A stretch of 64,000 bases of DNA from Patella caerulea (lineage: Eukaryota), in assembly GCA_036850965.1 (NCBI GenBank), contig JAZGQO010000009.1, forward strand, positions 289,610 to 353,609, in the 5' to 3' direction. The translations under genes were made by a program, and so were the position numbers. Under the pieces are notes generated by a model. The model did no database searches. It saw only the letters and a program-made list of their open reading frames with translations, and was not told the origin of the DNA. Shown piece by piece: positions 1 to 10,895 of the stretch (positions are counted from its first letter, which is position 1; every line of letters starts with the position of its first letter).

Positions 1-136
1 TGTAAAATACAGAATGAAATGAAACGTTTTCGGACTGAAATTTCTTTTATACATTCACATTACTGCAATTTGCACTAAAATCAAAATCCTTTAAAGTACA
101 ATCAGGGGCATTAAGATCATGTAAATCAATACTTAC

Positions 137-253
137 AATAATACAATCTGAAGCTTGAGCCAGACAACCAATACCAACAAAATCACCAAAATGGCTTCTT
201 TTTAGAAGTTTCAAACTCTCGGGAACACCTGGCTCATACATATGAAGTGATCC
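137..253 (-). CDS. WD40/beta-propeller protein exon (3'-most exon seen; may instead be a terminal exon reading through to the stop at 47)
   Basis: The upstream boundary is the acceptor tttctttcag|GGATCACTTC. The frame encodes GSLHMYEPGVPESLKLLKRSHFGDFVGIGCLAQASDCII. A GTAAGT donor follows ...ATTATT. It is phase-compatible with exon 615-746. Confidence 0.5.
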
Positions 254-614
254 CTGAAAGAAACCATACCTTGTATTTTGGAAAAATAATGTTTTTTGCC
301 ATCCTCAGATACAAGTTCACTACCACAGAAAAATGTATGAAATAAATTATCTGGCTAACAATGCTAATAATACTAACAATGAATAAGGGTTAATGTCCAC
401 TTGACACAAACCAGGTCATTTCAGGACTAATATATAGTTCAATTTATTTCTATAATTCACTAACAAGTAGGGGTCTTTAGCAGTGGAAGGCAACCAGAAG
501 ACTGAATGACAAACCTTCTGATCCAAAGCACACACATTATCCATTTGACCACCCAACCCCCTGAATAAAGAGAAGAAAGTTGGATGTAATAATATTGAAA
601 TAAACTATACTTAC

Positions 615-746
615 TGTACTAGTACCAAGTACTAAACGAGTGTAACTTGGAGAGAAGCTAAGACTGGTTATATCTTCACCAATATCGCAATGTTCTAGAA
701 TACGAAACTCTTTTCCTTTTATATCTATCAATCGTAAAATTCCATC
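615..746 (-). CDS. WD40/beta-propeller protein exon
   Basis: Acceptor is ttttag|GATGGAATT and donor is GTACA|GTAAGTATAG. It encodes DGILRLIDIKGKEFRILEHCDIGEDITSLSFSPSYTRLVLGTST, a typical WD-repeat strand pattern. Length is 132 nt and phase is 0/0. Confidence 0.6.
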
Positions 747-1093
747 CTAAAATAGAAAGCAACTTATTCAGCATTTTATTATTATAACTAATTCTCTACC
801 ACTGAGATATTGAAGACCTACAAACACCATGCAGTGTACAACTGTCAAAGGGTCTTTTATATGTTTCCAATGTTATTATTATATATAGCCCCTATTACTT
901 GCTCGTTATTCTATTTTTACAAAGTAGATCAATACTAATAAGTTAGATGTGGTCTAAAGCCTTCTTAACCCTTTGAACCCTGACCTCCTGGCACTTAACA
1001 GTACTGGTACCTAGCCTCCTGGAGGAAAATCAGCTATTTACAAACATATATGAAAAACAGTTGAAACATTCATTTTAATAACCTATAATCAAC

Positions 1094-1426
1094 TCAAAAG
1101 CATGCCAAATGATAATTATAGCATGTACTAGCTAAAATTATCATAATATTTAATCTTATTGTGCCAGTCCATGCAGCATGTTGAGCCTTACGTTTTCTAT
1201 ATGGGGGCGTGACTTGTGCCTCAGCCGTGTCAGGAATACCTGGGTCAATATCTTCCGAATTATTCGAATTATTGTCTAAAACCACATTGTCAAATTCTTC
1301 GATAAAATATCATCGGCAGGATAATCTTCGTCTAAGTTTTGTTCGTCTGAGCTCTAATAAATTAGCGACTTCTTTGACTGAATAGAACTGACGCTTCCTG
1401 TTAGTTCCGCTGCCACTGGGTTCCAT
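1094..1426 (-). other. ATG-initiated ORF (MEPSGSGTNRKRQFYSVKEVANLLELRRTKLRRRLSCR-TGA) that stays open in the same frame after an in-frame TGA (..EEFDNVVLDNNSNNSEDIDPGIPDTAEAQVTPPYRKRKAQHAAW..). It may be an alternative first exon, a nested gene, or a pseudo-exon.
   Basis: Seen in the minus-strand translation. Good internal splice-like sites sit at tggttttag|ACAATAA and CCAG|GTATTCC. The region lies between WD exons whose phases do not join directly. Confidence 0.25.
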
Positions 1427-1549
1427 TTTGACAGGTAGAAATTAGCTTCGATATTATCAAAAAATCAACCTCAAAATCAAATCAAAGATAAAAGCATGGA
1501 GGCTGACATCTTTGTGACGCTATCCCAGCATTACCACACAATTCTTACC

Positions 1550-1592
1550 CCTGATTGGTCGTTATATTTAGCGTTCTTTAAATAGGTATGAC
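1550..1592. promoter_or_regulatory. CCAAT-box (gaccaatcag on minus) plus TATA-like motifs (tatattta / tttaaatag) about 120 bp upstream of the 1426 ATG
   Basis: Motifs read directly from the sequence. There is no functional evidence. Confidence 0.2.
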
Positions 1593-2370
1593 AGCATACC
1601 TTGAATCCCGGTGTATCGGGATTACGGTGTATGAGCACTTACTAAAATTCCCGATAGATCGGGACTACGGGTTCAAAGGGTTAAAAACATTATGGTATAT
1701 AGAGTTGTTTCCCTTGTTAATAAAAGGCCTTAACCCTAAAGCATTCTGGGTATGGGTGTACTTCAAGATGGATGCTTGTTTAGACCTACCCTGTACTATA
1801 CAAACTACTTTTTCTTGAAGGCCACCAACAGAGGGAAATAGACTTGACAATCACAGTCAACTAAGAATTTTCTTGGCCAATTAGTGGGATCATATCACAG
1901 ACTTTCTGGCTAGTAATTCAGCAACTCACAGTGCCATCTTGGCAGAGATTTTTCCAAATAAGGCAATGTTTATATTTAGTCTAAAACTATTCAGAATACA
2001 TACCTCTCCAGCAGCATAAAGACCTTTTCTGTGTAAAGATAAAGTTGTTAAACAACCTTGTAGTATCAAATTACCAACATCATCAGCTGTTTACAATAAA
2101 ATAAAGTATAGAATTAAAGATCAATTTTATGCAGGGAATAATCAGCATTTCAGAGATTCTAAATCTCATGAAACAGTCGAAACTCTGAAAGAAATATCAG
2201 TCCAAAATTGTTTTTTCCTTTAACCAGATATATTGATTTTTTTTTTTTTTAATTACACGTTAAATTAAATAATCTATCTGAGTATTTTTTTAGAGTGGAT
2301 CAAGCCAGTGAAAATTTGATATTTTCCAAAAAATATGTGAATTTCTTTAAAACATAATATAAATACTTAC

Positions 2371-2503
2371 CAACAGGTTGAATATCTGTCAATGTTGTTT
2401 TACGACTACTTGGTTCTACAGCACTAGAAGCTCGAGAATGTGGTGTTTCAGATCTTTGTGGTGGATAATAAATAACTCGAGCTTTAAATACTTCATCATT
2501 TAC
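2371..2503 (-). CDS. WD40/beta-propeller gene exon (low-complexity Ser/Pro-rich linker)
   Basis: Acceptor is tttttaaacag|GTAAATGATG and donor is CCTGTTG|GTAAGTAT. It encodes VNDEVFKARVIYYPPQRSETPHSRASSAVEPSSRKTTLTDIQPV. It ends in phase 1, which is not directly compatible with phase-0 exon 615-746, so at least one intervening exon is missing. Confidence 0.5.
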
Positions 2504-2600
2504 CTGTTTAAAAATCATAAACAAAATGATTTTGACCATACATCATCAACAAAAATCAAAGAGTTTAGTCATTAATATGCAAAACCACCTTCAGTATATT

Positions 2601-2770
2601 TAGGGGTTAGTATGGCCAAGTGGTGTTAAGTGTCTTGCTTAGAGCTCTAGCTGGCTGGTAACCTATGGCTTACTTGTTGTCATGGTTATGATCCCTGGAG
2701 TAAGCATATGTGGAATGGAGATAGCGGCACCTTCTCAACTTTATGGGTTTACCGTAGGCTTTTCTGAATA
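2601..2770 (+). mobile_element. SINE family A fragment (tRNA-derived head, divergent)
   Basis: Similar to gggatggcctagtggtctagagtg...catggagatagcggcaccttctcaac in other copies. Confidence 0.5.
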
Positions 2771-2924
2771 ATAAGACCACTGCTTTTGAAGATGGAATAT
2801 TATCTTTAGACTATGGCATAAAGATGTTCATTAATATAATACAATGATGTTTTACAATCATTGATATTTAAAATATCAAGGACAATCTTTAAAGAAAATG
2901 AGAGATATCGAAAAATGGCATTTA

Positions 2925-3132
2925 ACATCCACTCGACACAAAATAGATCATTTCTGGACTTGAACATAGTGATCTTTAGCAGTGGGAGGAAACTGGGGGG
3001 CCTGGAGAGAACAGACAAGGCTGATCAAGCGACCCTACTCCTTGTCACGTACAAGCAGGGAATCAAAATCACACCACATGACACAAAGACAGACCTCATG
3101 ATCCAAAACGCACGTGGTAACCATTCAGCCAG
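2925..3132 (-). mobile_element. SINE family C copy (head GGGTTGGGAT.GCCGAATGGTTAGCACGTGCG, reverse orientation), 15 bp from the WD exon donor
   Basis: Reverse-complement match to the 18770-19020 and 40253-40530 copies. It ends ...aaaccccatttc on the minus strand. Confidence 0.7.
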
Positions 3133-3147
3133 AAAATGTGCAACTAC

Positions 3148-3409
3148 CTTAATTAATTGTCCCCCATCACAACCTATATAAATATCTCCACTAGGTGTCC
3201 AAGCTTGTGATACAGGTGAACATCTAACTGTTGTATCTTCTATATGTTGTAAATATGTTGTATTATCACCAACTAGACCTGCTACAGCTGTTTTAGGTAA
3301 TTCTACTGTGTAACGAGTCATGCGTGTTGAGGCTCGGGTTGGTGCTCGATCATGGTCTTTTTCATCATCATCAACACAGTTGGGATCTGCTACTGGAATT
3401 TTGACGTTC
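3148..3409 (-). CDS. WD40/beta-propeller gene exon
   Basis: Acceptor is tttttttag|GAACGTC and donor is TTAATTAAG|GTAGTTGC. It encodes ..DPNCVDDDEKDHDRAPTRASTRMTRYTVELPKTAVAGLVGDNTTYLQHIEDTTVRCSPVSQAWTPSGDIYIGCDGGQLIK. Confidence 0.55.
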
Positions 3410-3721
3410 CTAAAAAAAATATGAATTGCAGTTTGAAAAGCAGAACAAACAACTTAAACATGAGTATTCAAATGAAAACAAATGAAGCATAACACATAAT
3501 GGACTTGAAGACAGATAACACTATGCAGTGAACTAGGCGGGAAACTTGTTCTCACAGTGAGTCTTTAATGTAATGCCATAGGATTTCAATTTTTCCAATC
3601 ATGTGAACAACTAGATGCTTGTTCCTGTGGAATTTCTCCGCCAACACCAGCTTGCCACGAGTCAGTGCCACAGTGGCTCCACATAAATGTATGAAAAAAG
3701 TATGATTGAAAAGGTCAATTT

Positions 3722-3905
3722 TATTTCCATAATTTGCTTACACGCAGGGGAAACCAGACGACCTGGATAAAACCCACACGGTTGGACAGGGAACCCTACT
3801 CTTTGTCACTTACTAGAGGGGGAATTGAAACAACACCAATTGACTCAATGAAAGACCTTATGATCAAATGTGCACGTATTAAAACCATTCAGTCACCCAA
3901 GCCCC
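3722..3905 (-). mobile_element. SINE family C fragment (reverse)
   Basis: Matches the head/body of family C (ttgtcac.tac.agagggggaattgaaacaac...ccttatgatcaaatgtgcacg). Confidence 0.6.
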
Positions 3906-3917
3906 TCTGATTGAAAA

Positions 3918-4186
3918 GGGTGGTTGGGATGGCCTAATGGTCTAGAGTGTCGCCCTTCGACCGCTAGCTGGCCGGTCACCTCTGGCTTGCGGCTGCGGTT
4001 TTGAGCCCTGGTGTAAGCGCATGTGGCATGGAGATAGGGGCGCCTTCTCAACCTTGTGGGTTTCCTCCCACTGCTAAAGACCCCTACGCGCAAGCGAATT
4101 ATTGAAATAAAATTAAACCATATGTTAGTCCCGAAATGACCTAGTTGTGTAGAGTGGACGTTAAACCCCATTTCTCTCTCTCTCTG
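3918..4186 (+). mobile_element. SINE family A full-length copy
   Basis: It has a tRNA-like head with a B-box-like motif (cgg..ggttttgagccc), a body of cctcccactgctaaagacccctacgcgcaagcgaattattgaaataaaatt, and a tail of ggacgttaaaccccatttctctctctc. Confidence 0.85.
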
Positions 4187-4894
4187 ATTGAAAAGTAAAC
4201 AAGTTGTAATTCTTACTGTGGCTGCATAACATATTTATCATGTGATTGTTCTGTAATCCATACTGTAATACTATCACTGGTAGTCAGACAGATCTCTCTC
4301 CAATTACATGGATTAAATGAAAAACTTGTGGGTAGTGATGAACCAACTTTAACTGATGACAATTTTATTCCTTTCTCATAATTCCTAAAATAAAATCATT
4401 TACATTAGCTACAAACAACTTTTGTATAGGTTGCTAACTATATTAATTAAGTGGGGCTCTGTCATTGGGTCGTCACACACAACATAAACATTCCATGGGA
4501 TATGTTCGCCGGGCCTCATTTTACTATTATTAGAATTTACCCTAAAATAGCAATGGGCACAGTAGGTCGGTAACCATATTGATCAATGCAGAACTGTCAT
4601 CCTACACTGCTTAACAATGTTCCGCGTGGCCCTGGTTCCTGGGTTTATTTCGTTATACTAGTCTTCAATAGAAATAGGTACAGGAAGCTGGTGACCACAG
4701 CAACCAATAACATGTTAAATATTCTTCTCCAAAAATTTACAATCATTTGATTCAAGTGAGGTATCTATCATTAACAATCTTGCCAATTCTAGTCAGACGC
4801 TCAGTGTTTTCTATCTTAGACCTTTTTTCTAAAGACAAAACTGTCATACAATATAACAAATCTATCTAAAATCCTTAATTAAAGAGTAAAATGT

Positions 4895-5350
4895 TGTATT
4901 ATTGCTCACTTGCCCTTGGTGGGAGTAGTGGGGGGGGGGGGGGCTTGATGTGTCAGGGGAGATAACTCTGTTACCAATGAGGACATTAAACTTGACGTCA
5001 TCAAAAACCAAAGTGTTACATAATTTTATTTTACCATCAGATTAGTTCAATATCTGGTAAGCAAGATAACCTAGTTTTATATTCACTGCTTGAAAATACT
5101 AGTTTCTGGTGGTGATGGAGGGGGGAAAAAGAGAGCTTGATGTGTCAGGGAAGCAGGGGAGATAACTATGTCACCGATGAAGACATTAAAATCTATCATT
5201 GATGATGTGATGCATCTTTATGGATATCAAGACAGTAGACGTTATCAAAAACCAAATGTTATATAATTTTATTTTACCATAAGATTAGTTCAAAATCTGG
5301 TAAACCAGATAACCCAGCCATATATTCACTGCTTGAAAATACTAGTTTCT
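4895..5350. repeat. Tandem duplication of a roughly 220-bp unit (2 copies), each starting with a G-run
   Basis: ...ggggg(g)n..cttgatgtgtcaggg..gataact.tgt.acc.atgaggacattaaa...gttcaa.atctggtaa.c.agataacc.ag...tatattcactgcttgaaaatactagtttctg occurs twice. Confidence 0.7.
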
Positions 5351-5825
5351 GATATTCCAATTGTGCTGCATCTGAAATAAAATTTTGAAACACATTCTCT
5401 TAATTTGCAAAATACTAGGGTAAGTTCAAACTGTTTTCAGTCTGCAATATAACTCTTGTTGGCAGTGGACATGAAACTCCTAACGGGTGAAGGAGCTGAA
5501 ATTGCTCCAGTAGCATTTAGTAAGTGCACTGGAAATACACAGGCCTTAAATTCTGTAGAAGAACACAATTATTTGAGTTAGTGTTTATTACTTACTAACG
5601 TTATCACACAATTACTTATAGCCCAGGGAAAGACACAGTGACTGTATTCCATACAGTTGTGTCCTGTGTACTAGGGTAAGCTTACATCATTTTATAACAT
5701 TTGATTTATTTCTTTTTCCATTCTTTAAAAAGTATAGGTTTTGTGGTGTGGGTGGGTGGATAAAGGAGGGCGTGAGATCAAGGACACCATCTTATTATTA
5801 GGTCATTTACAAAAGAAAATCTTAC

Positions 5826-6076
5826 CTTCAATGACAACATGTTCTCTAAATGTGGGGTATGAATAGATGTATATTTTAGGATTCAAACATTGTTCAGCTA
5901 TAGCAATGTGTTTGTTGATTTTGTGGACTGTGATGGGACCAATTCCTCTCCCTTTAAAAGCAAAGACTGTCTCAACTCCATCTTCTGCCACCACTTTGAT
6001 GTTACGACCACACTGGTAACACAAGACATCAGAATCCACATAGTATACCTGGCCTCCATTGTAGCCTTGAGACCAC
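5826..6076 (-). CDS. WD40/beta-propeller gene exon (5'-most exon found)
   Basis: Acceptor is ttatttacag|GTGGTCTC and donor is CATTGAAG|GTAAGATT. It encodes WSQGYNGGQVYYVDSDVLCYQCGRNIKVVAEDGVETVFAFKGRGIGPITVHKINKHIAIAEQCLNPKIYIYSYPTFREHVVIEG. Confidence 0.65.
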
Positions 6077-6879
6077 CTGTAAATAATTTAAATCATTTAA
6101 TAGTATGCCAAAAACAAAACACAACTAACTCTATGCAGTTGTAAGATTTACATAAAAAAATTATATACAGTAATAATGGCTTATATATATAACATTTGAA
6201 GCCAAAATAATATGCAGATTTAACTTTGCACGCAACTGTTGTTGAAAAGTTCTGTTTCAAACCTCTTCTAAAAAATACAATTAAATGTTCTGATATGGCA
6301 AAGGCCTCGGACAGTTGGGGCATAAATCTTATAAAATCGATACAATTTATAACAATTACAAACGTAATACAGAAAATGAATCTTGTCTACTACTAGGCCT
6401 GGTACTAGTAATCTAACTAACATAAGATTCTAGCCATCGGGCCTTATTTATTATCCTTACAACCTCTTTGCCTTTGGTCTGTTTATGTTGTCGTCATCAT
6501 TAGCGTTTTTCATATTCTGCTTTATAAAAATCAGTTTGTTTTTGTTGGCTTTTTTTATTCAAAGATACCGTAGATCAAGACCGATCTAGATCATGAGATC
6601 TTCATCTATCATTCTATATGAATATGATCTGCCTGCATCTAGTCTTAGTCTAGATCTAAATTCAGAACTTGGCAAATTCAATGTATTATCTAGGCTATAT
6701 TTATTGCATTTTTTATGTAATCCATATTTTAGATATAGGATCTACTATAAGAGTAAAATTTAGTCTAGATATCTACATAATTTAGTGACTAGGCTAGTCT
6801 AACCTAAGTTAAAGTTTCTTCTAGTTCTAGGCCTATATTCAGATGACTTAGGAAGTTAGGTAATTTTAAAGGAGCTAAG

Positions 6880-7240
6880 TCTTTAACTCAATATCATCCA
6901 AAATCTTCAACATTGAAAACACGAATTATTTGTCAATTTAAATCAAAATTGATGATGTGATCTTACCGGAAAAAGATGGGCTTCTGATATCCAATATTTA
7001 AGACAAAATAAATATTTTACCATTGGTACACGAATCGTGTACCATAATGCGTTTCAGCCCCAGTTCTAGCAAGAGACTCGAGGAACGAGGCTAGAAACAT
7101 TGTACCAAATCAAACGGCGAATGTAGACTGGAATAACTACTAACTAGACGCTAAAAAAATGCCTTCGGTTGACAATGCTGGTTTATTTTGCCGAACATAA
7201 CTGATTTGAAATTAGAGTAAAAACGGAAACCATTGAATGC
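6880..7240. repeat. Dispersed 360-bp repeat, copy 1 (copy 2 at 48700-49065)
   Basis: Long near-identical stretch: ctcaatatcatc.aaaatcttcaacattgaaaacacgaattatt...cgtgtaccataatgcgtttca.ccccagttctagcaagagactcgag.aacgaggctagaaacattg...gatttgaaattagagtaaaaacgga.accattgaatg. Confidence 0.8.
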
Positions 7241-7996
7241 AAATCAGTTTATATACATTCATATTACAGTATTATATGCGTTGCGACCCACTTGAGTCAA
7301 TTTTTAGGTCCCAAATGTTAGCGATTTAACTCCTTTAATTCGACTATCACTAGCCTATGCCGTTTGGATTATTTTTGTACAAAATTTGGCAAAGAATATT
7401 AAGAAAACGTAGATAAGTCACCCAAATATGAATATTCATTTATCTTATACTTACGCTAGTTCAAGTGTGCCTATATTATCCATTATTGGAAATATCTAAA
7501 ATCAAGTTCTAAACATAAAGTCGCAGTGTTAACATTCTTCAATAAACGACGGCCATGTTGTAACTATACCGTTGCCACGATGGAGATAACGGTAACTCTC
7601 GCAATATTTTGAGATTCTCATGATGAACTTTGGTTATTGGGTCAAGGTCGTAAAAGTTAGACAGTTAGCAGAACCAAGCGATAAAATAAATTATATAAGG
7701 ATGTTTTGAAATAGATAGAATGGTGAAGCAACGAAGATAAACCCATAGTTTTCGTGAATGTCCTAGCAGTGAAATTAGGGACTACAAACGAATTATTGAC
7801 AAGAAACTGGGAACACGGAAACGACAATTCTCAACAAAATTTGTTATTTCTTTATCTTTAGTTTTGCCTTACTGAAGGTCACCACTGAAGCCATGTGAGA
7901 ATTTCGTGAAACAGTCATTTCGGACATTTCGGTGTATTATTATGAGTTGATATATATGAAACATCTATATTTGATCCAAACGTTTATTGATACAAT

Positions 7997-8427
7997 ATGT
8001 TTTCAAGAATTGTTCAATTGAATTACCGACATTTAAATAGAGGATCTGTGCAGAAGGCACTATTACTCAAAATACATCAGCCTGGAATAAGACCACCTAG
8101 TTTTTGCGATGGAATAATGACAGGAACTAGGAATTTTTCTAGCGGAAGACTGAAGAATTGGTCTTCTGACATTAAAGACAATATCAAAGAATTATGTAAA
8201 CTGTTCTCTGCTTACTGCCATGTTGTTATGGCACAGAGAATCCAAAGACTTCAACAAGCTTTAACGTTTTATAGATATTTGTACGGAGAGAGAATGTTGT
8301 CAAAATTTATTGATAATTTTGCAGGATTAGTGTTACAAAATTGTAGGAATAAACCTTTCTGTGTACTTTTAAGTGCTTGTTTATTTTCCTGGCAAAAAGA
8401 CAATATAACCAATGAAGATTTTGAAAG
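7997..8427 (+). CDS. STARD7: STARD7-like START-domain protein, exon 1 (start codon; N-terminal mitochondrial-presequence-like region)
   Basis: ATG at 7997. It encodes MFSRIVQLNYRHLNRGSVQKALLL...AYCHVVMAQRIQRLQQALTFYRYLYGE...NEDFE(R). Human STARD7 has ..RRAQQIAQLYGRLYSE.. in the corresponding region. Donor is GAAAG|GTATCAGG. Confidence 0.8.
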
Positions 8428-8454
8428 GTATCAGGTTTTGTGATAGTTAATTAT

Positions 8455-8660
8455 ATATATCGTAATATTTAATTGTAATGATTTGAAAAGATCAAAGAAA
8501 TGTTACGGACCGGTAACGCCAATGGACTTTGATCAGTTTATAAACAGATCATTCACAAAAACTTTCAATTATCTATATCATAATATTTAATTGTAATGAT
8601 TGGAAAAGATCAAAGAAATGTTACGGACCGGTAATGCCATGCACAAAAACTTTCAATTAT
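8455..8660. repeat. Tandem duplication (2 x roughly 110 bp) in STARD7 intron 1
   Basis: atatcataatatttaattgtaatgatt.gaaaagatcaaagaaatgttacggaccggtaa.gcca... is repeated. Confidence 0.7.
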
Positions 8661-8739
8661 CCAACTACAGCTTCATTCAACAATCTGTTTCAAATACAGA
8701 ACTATATTTTGTTTCATTTTTTATAAATTGATGACTTCC

Positions 8740-8862
8740 ACTGCGGTACATGGTTGTTGGTGTACATGTAACAAGGAGTAGGGTCGCAAAATGACCTGGG
8801 TTGTGTCAAGTCCGAGTGGACATTAAATATTAAACCCCATTTCTCTCTTTCTTTCTTGCTTG
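8740..8862 (+). mobile_element. SINE family C 3' fragment
   Basis: gtacatgtaacaaggagtagggtcgcaaaatgacct.ggttgtgtcaagtccgagtggacattaaatattaaaccccatttctctc. Confidence 0.6.
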
Positions 8863-9224
8863 CACTACACATGAAGATCTGACCAGTTGTCGTGGGAGGT
8901 TGTGTCAGGTCATACAAATGACAAGCAGATTTTGCCCTTTATGACATCAAACATTTGATTAACCAGATCGCAGATCAGCATTTATGTTTCTAGTCGGATC
9001 CCCACAGTTCCATGCAGCGCATACCAAGAACTGGGTGCAACAGATCGTTTTATTGGCTAATCCCTACTCACATCTATCAGAACGAGGGTTATATAACAAT
9101 TCTTCCAGAGTGTAGCAAAGACAAATAAAACTAAATTTTGAACTATAAAAATGAAATGAACTAATATCTTTGTTTCAATCAGATTGTTCAACAAGGGAAT
9201 TTTGAAGGAATTATCACTAGGAAC

Positions 9225-9600
9225 CGGGTATCATTCAGATTTGATGAAAAAAGGAAAGAAACTGAGCTTACCATCTATAATCGAATACCGGTACACATAT
9301 TCAATTAATAGAAAGTGTTAAATACCATCAAGATTCATCAAATAACGCCCAGTTTGTGCTACTGTTTAGTTTTTACATCAGTCATCTATTTTATGACCAT
9401 TTAGTTTAGTTTTGATATTGGTAAACTAGACAACCAATGTCAAACTAAACCATAGCACAAACTGGGCATTATTTGATGAATCTTGAGGGTATCTAACACT
9501 TTCTAGACAGCAGTCTTTTAACTGAATACATTATGTGTATTAGATTATAGATAGTAAGCTCAGTTTCTTTCCTTTTTTCATCAAATCTGAATGATACCCG
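9225..9600. repeat. Large foldback element (inverted arms of roughly 150 bp at 9225-9370 and 9450-9600) in STARD7 intron 1
   Basis: gggtatcattcagatttgatgaaaaaaggaaagaaactgagcttac at 9225 pairs with gtaagctcagtttctttccttttttcatcaaatctgaatgataccc at 9555. catcaagattcatcaaataacgcccagtttgtgctac pairs with tagcacaaactgggcattatttgatgaatcttgag. Confidence 0.8.
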
Positions 9601-10059
9601 CCCAGTCCCTAGTATCATCGGTGACGGAATAAAAGATTTTACTGACTACTATTTTGCTAGGACAACTGATCGTATTTCTGCCTCATTGAATTCCAGCTGT
9701 AAGATTACCAAGCCTAGGCACTGTAGTATTATATATATGTATGTATGTCCACAAATCTTTTTGGCCCATCCGAATGGCTAAATGCTTTTACTTGATCCAT
9801 AGTCCTCATTGCCAACTACCAAGGGGAAAATCTAGATTAACTACTTAGCCAACACCATGATTGAATCAAGGACATATTTAGCCCTGATGATCATACTCAC
9901 TGAGCCACTGCGGTTTCTATGCACAGTCAAATGCACAATTAGGACTGTTTATATGGATTCTTAGAAAAATTAGAAGACAAGTTCTGAAATCTCTTTATAA
10001 GATCATATTATATTTTTACATAATAATAAGCTGTTTTTAATTTTGTGCTTTTTCTTCAG

Positions 10060-10220
10060 ATGTATAGACGACATGGAGTCAGTGAGTGAAATAGTCAGCC
10101 ATGCTAACGCAAATGGTTATAGCTCACTACCTGGTGGTTGGGAATCTATTATTAATAAACCACATCTGAAGGTTTGGAGAAAACCTATAGTTGAAAATAG
10201 TCATTTATATGAATACAGAG
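10060..10220 (+). CDS. STARD7: STARD7-like exon 2 (start of START domain)
   Basis: Acceptor is tttcttcag|ATGTATAG and donor is ACAGAG|GTGTGTAT. It encodes CIDDMESVSEIVSHANANGYSSLPGGWESIINKPHLKVWRKPIVENSHLYEYR. Human STARD7 has RWEMVMDKKHFKLWRRPITGTHLYQYR. Confidence 0.9.
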
Positions 10221-10544
10221 GTGTGTATGGACTGACTGAAAAAATTAATGTTGTATTCTTTTTTTAGAAATGGGAGAGGCAATGCAAGTGCCCCTAATAT
10301 TGTCAGGCACAAATTTCAGCTTTGTCATTTTACATGTTCAATTGCTCTCGGTCATTTTGTTAGGACAATATATATTTGTCTTTCATTAGTGTTTTTATTG
10401 ATCTTTTGAATACATGTCTGACACAAAATGTTAAAAATGGCAGATAGTAGGTCATTTTAATCACTGTTTCAGGCCCAGGGAGTTAAATGTTTCTTCTGTT
10501 AAACCTGCATTATGCAAGAGCAAAATCTGCCTATTACGAGTCTT

Positions 10545-10895
10545 TCTTTAGGCTTGAAATGTTATCTAAATTATCAATTAGACATTAATTACATGTAACT
10601 TATCCAGACCATAATAAACTCTGGATGTCAAGGCCAGCCTTCAATGTTAGTTGGATTAGATCCCTATATGCCGCTGAACGTCAATTGAAATTAGATTTTT
10701 AAGATCTGGATAATCGAGACTACATGTATGCTGTTTACATTAATTATTTTAGTAATGATGACCAAGGCCAAGCAGAATTTCACACGCTTCGCTCATGGCT
10801 CATAGTATATCAATTTGACTGAAATTTCAGCAAATTACCTTTACACTATCGAGTTTTTAACTACAGTGTATTATAGTGAGAACTGCCAACCCTTT
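10545..10895 (-). mobile_element. MITE-like repeat family D copy (other copies at 11590, 20290, 32545, 38935, 44865)
   Basis: Shares ..ttatggtctggataagtta..aatgtc.aattga.aatttagataa.. and the ..tatagtgagaactg.caac.ctttatct terminus with the other copies. Confidence 0.65.

Noticed and set aside
1588-1818. 76-aa ORF on the plus strand immediately downstream of the CCAAT/TATA motifs
   Set aside because: The translation has no protein-like features and is Trp/Tyr/Phe-rich with low complexity. The motifs more plausibly serve the minus-strand ATG ORF at 1426, or are chance.
3893-4171. ORFs of 60-131 aa at 3893-4171, 8714-8917, 18532-18906, 35155-35403, 43595-43990, 47665-47928, 49497-49715, 52368-52721, 55710-55964, 61121-61306 and 61900-62145
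   Set aside because: Each lies within or is mostly composed of SINE sequence. The same peptide motifs, such as HFGTNIWFNFISIIRLRVGVFSSGRKP, recur across copies. They are repeat-derived reading frames, not genes.
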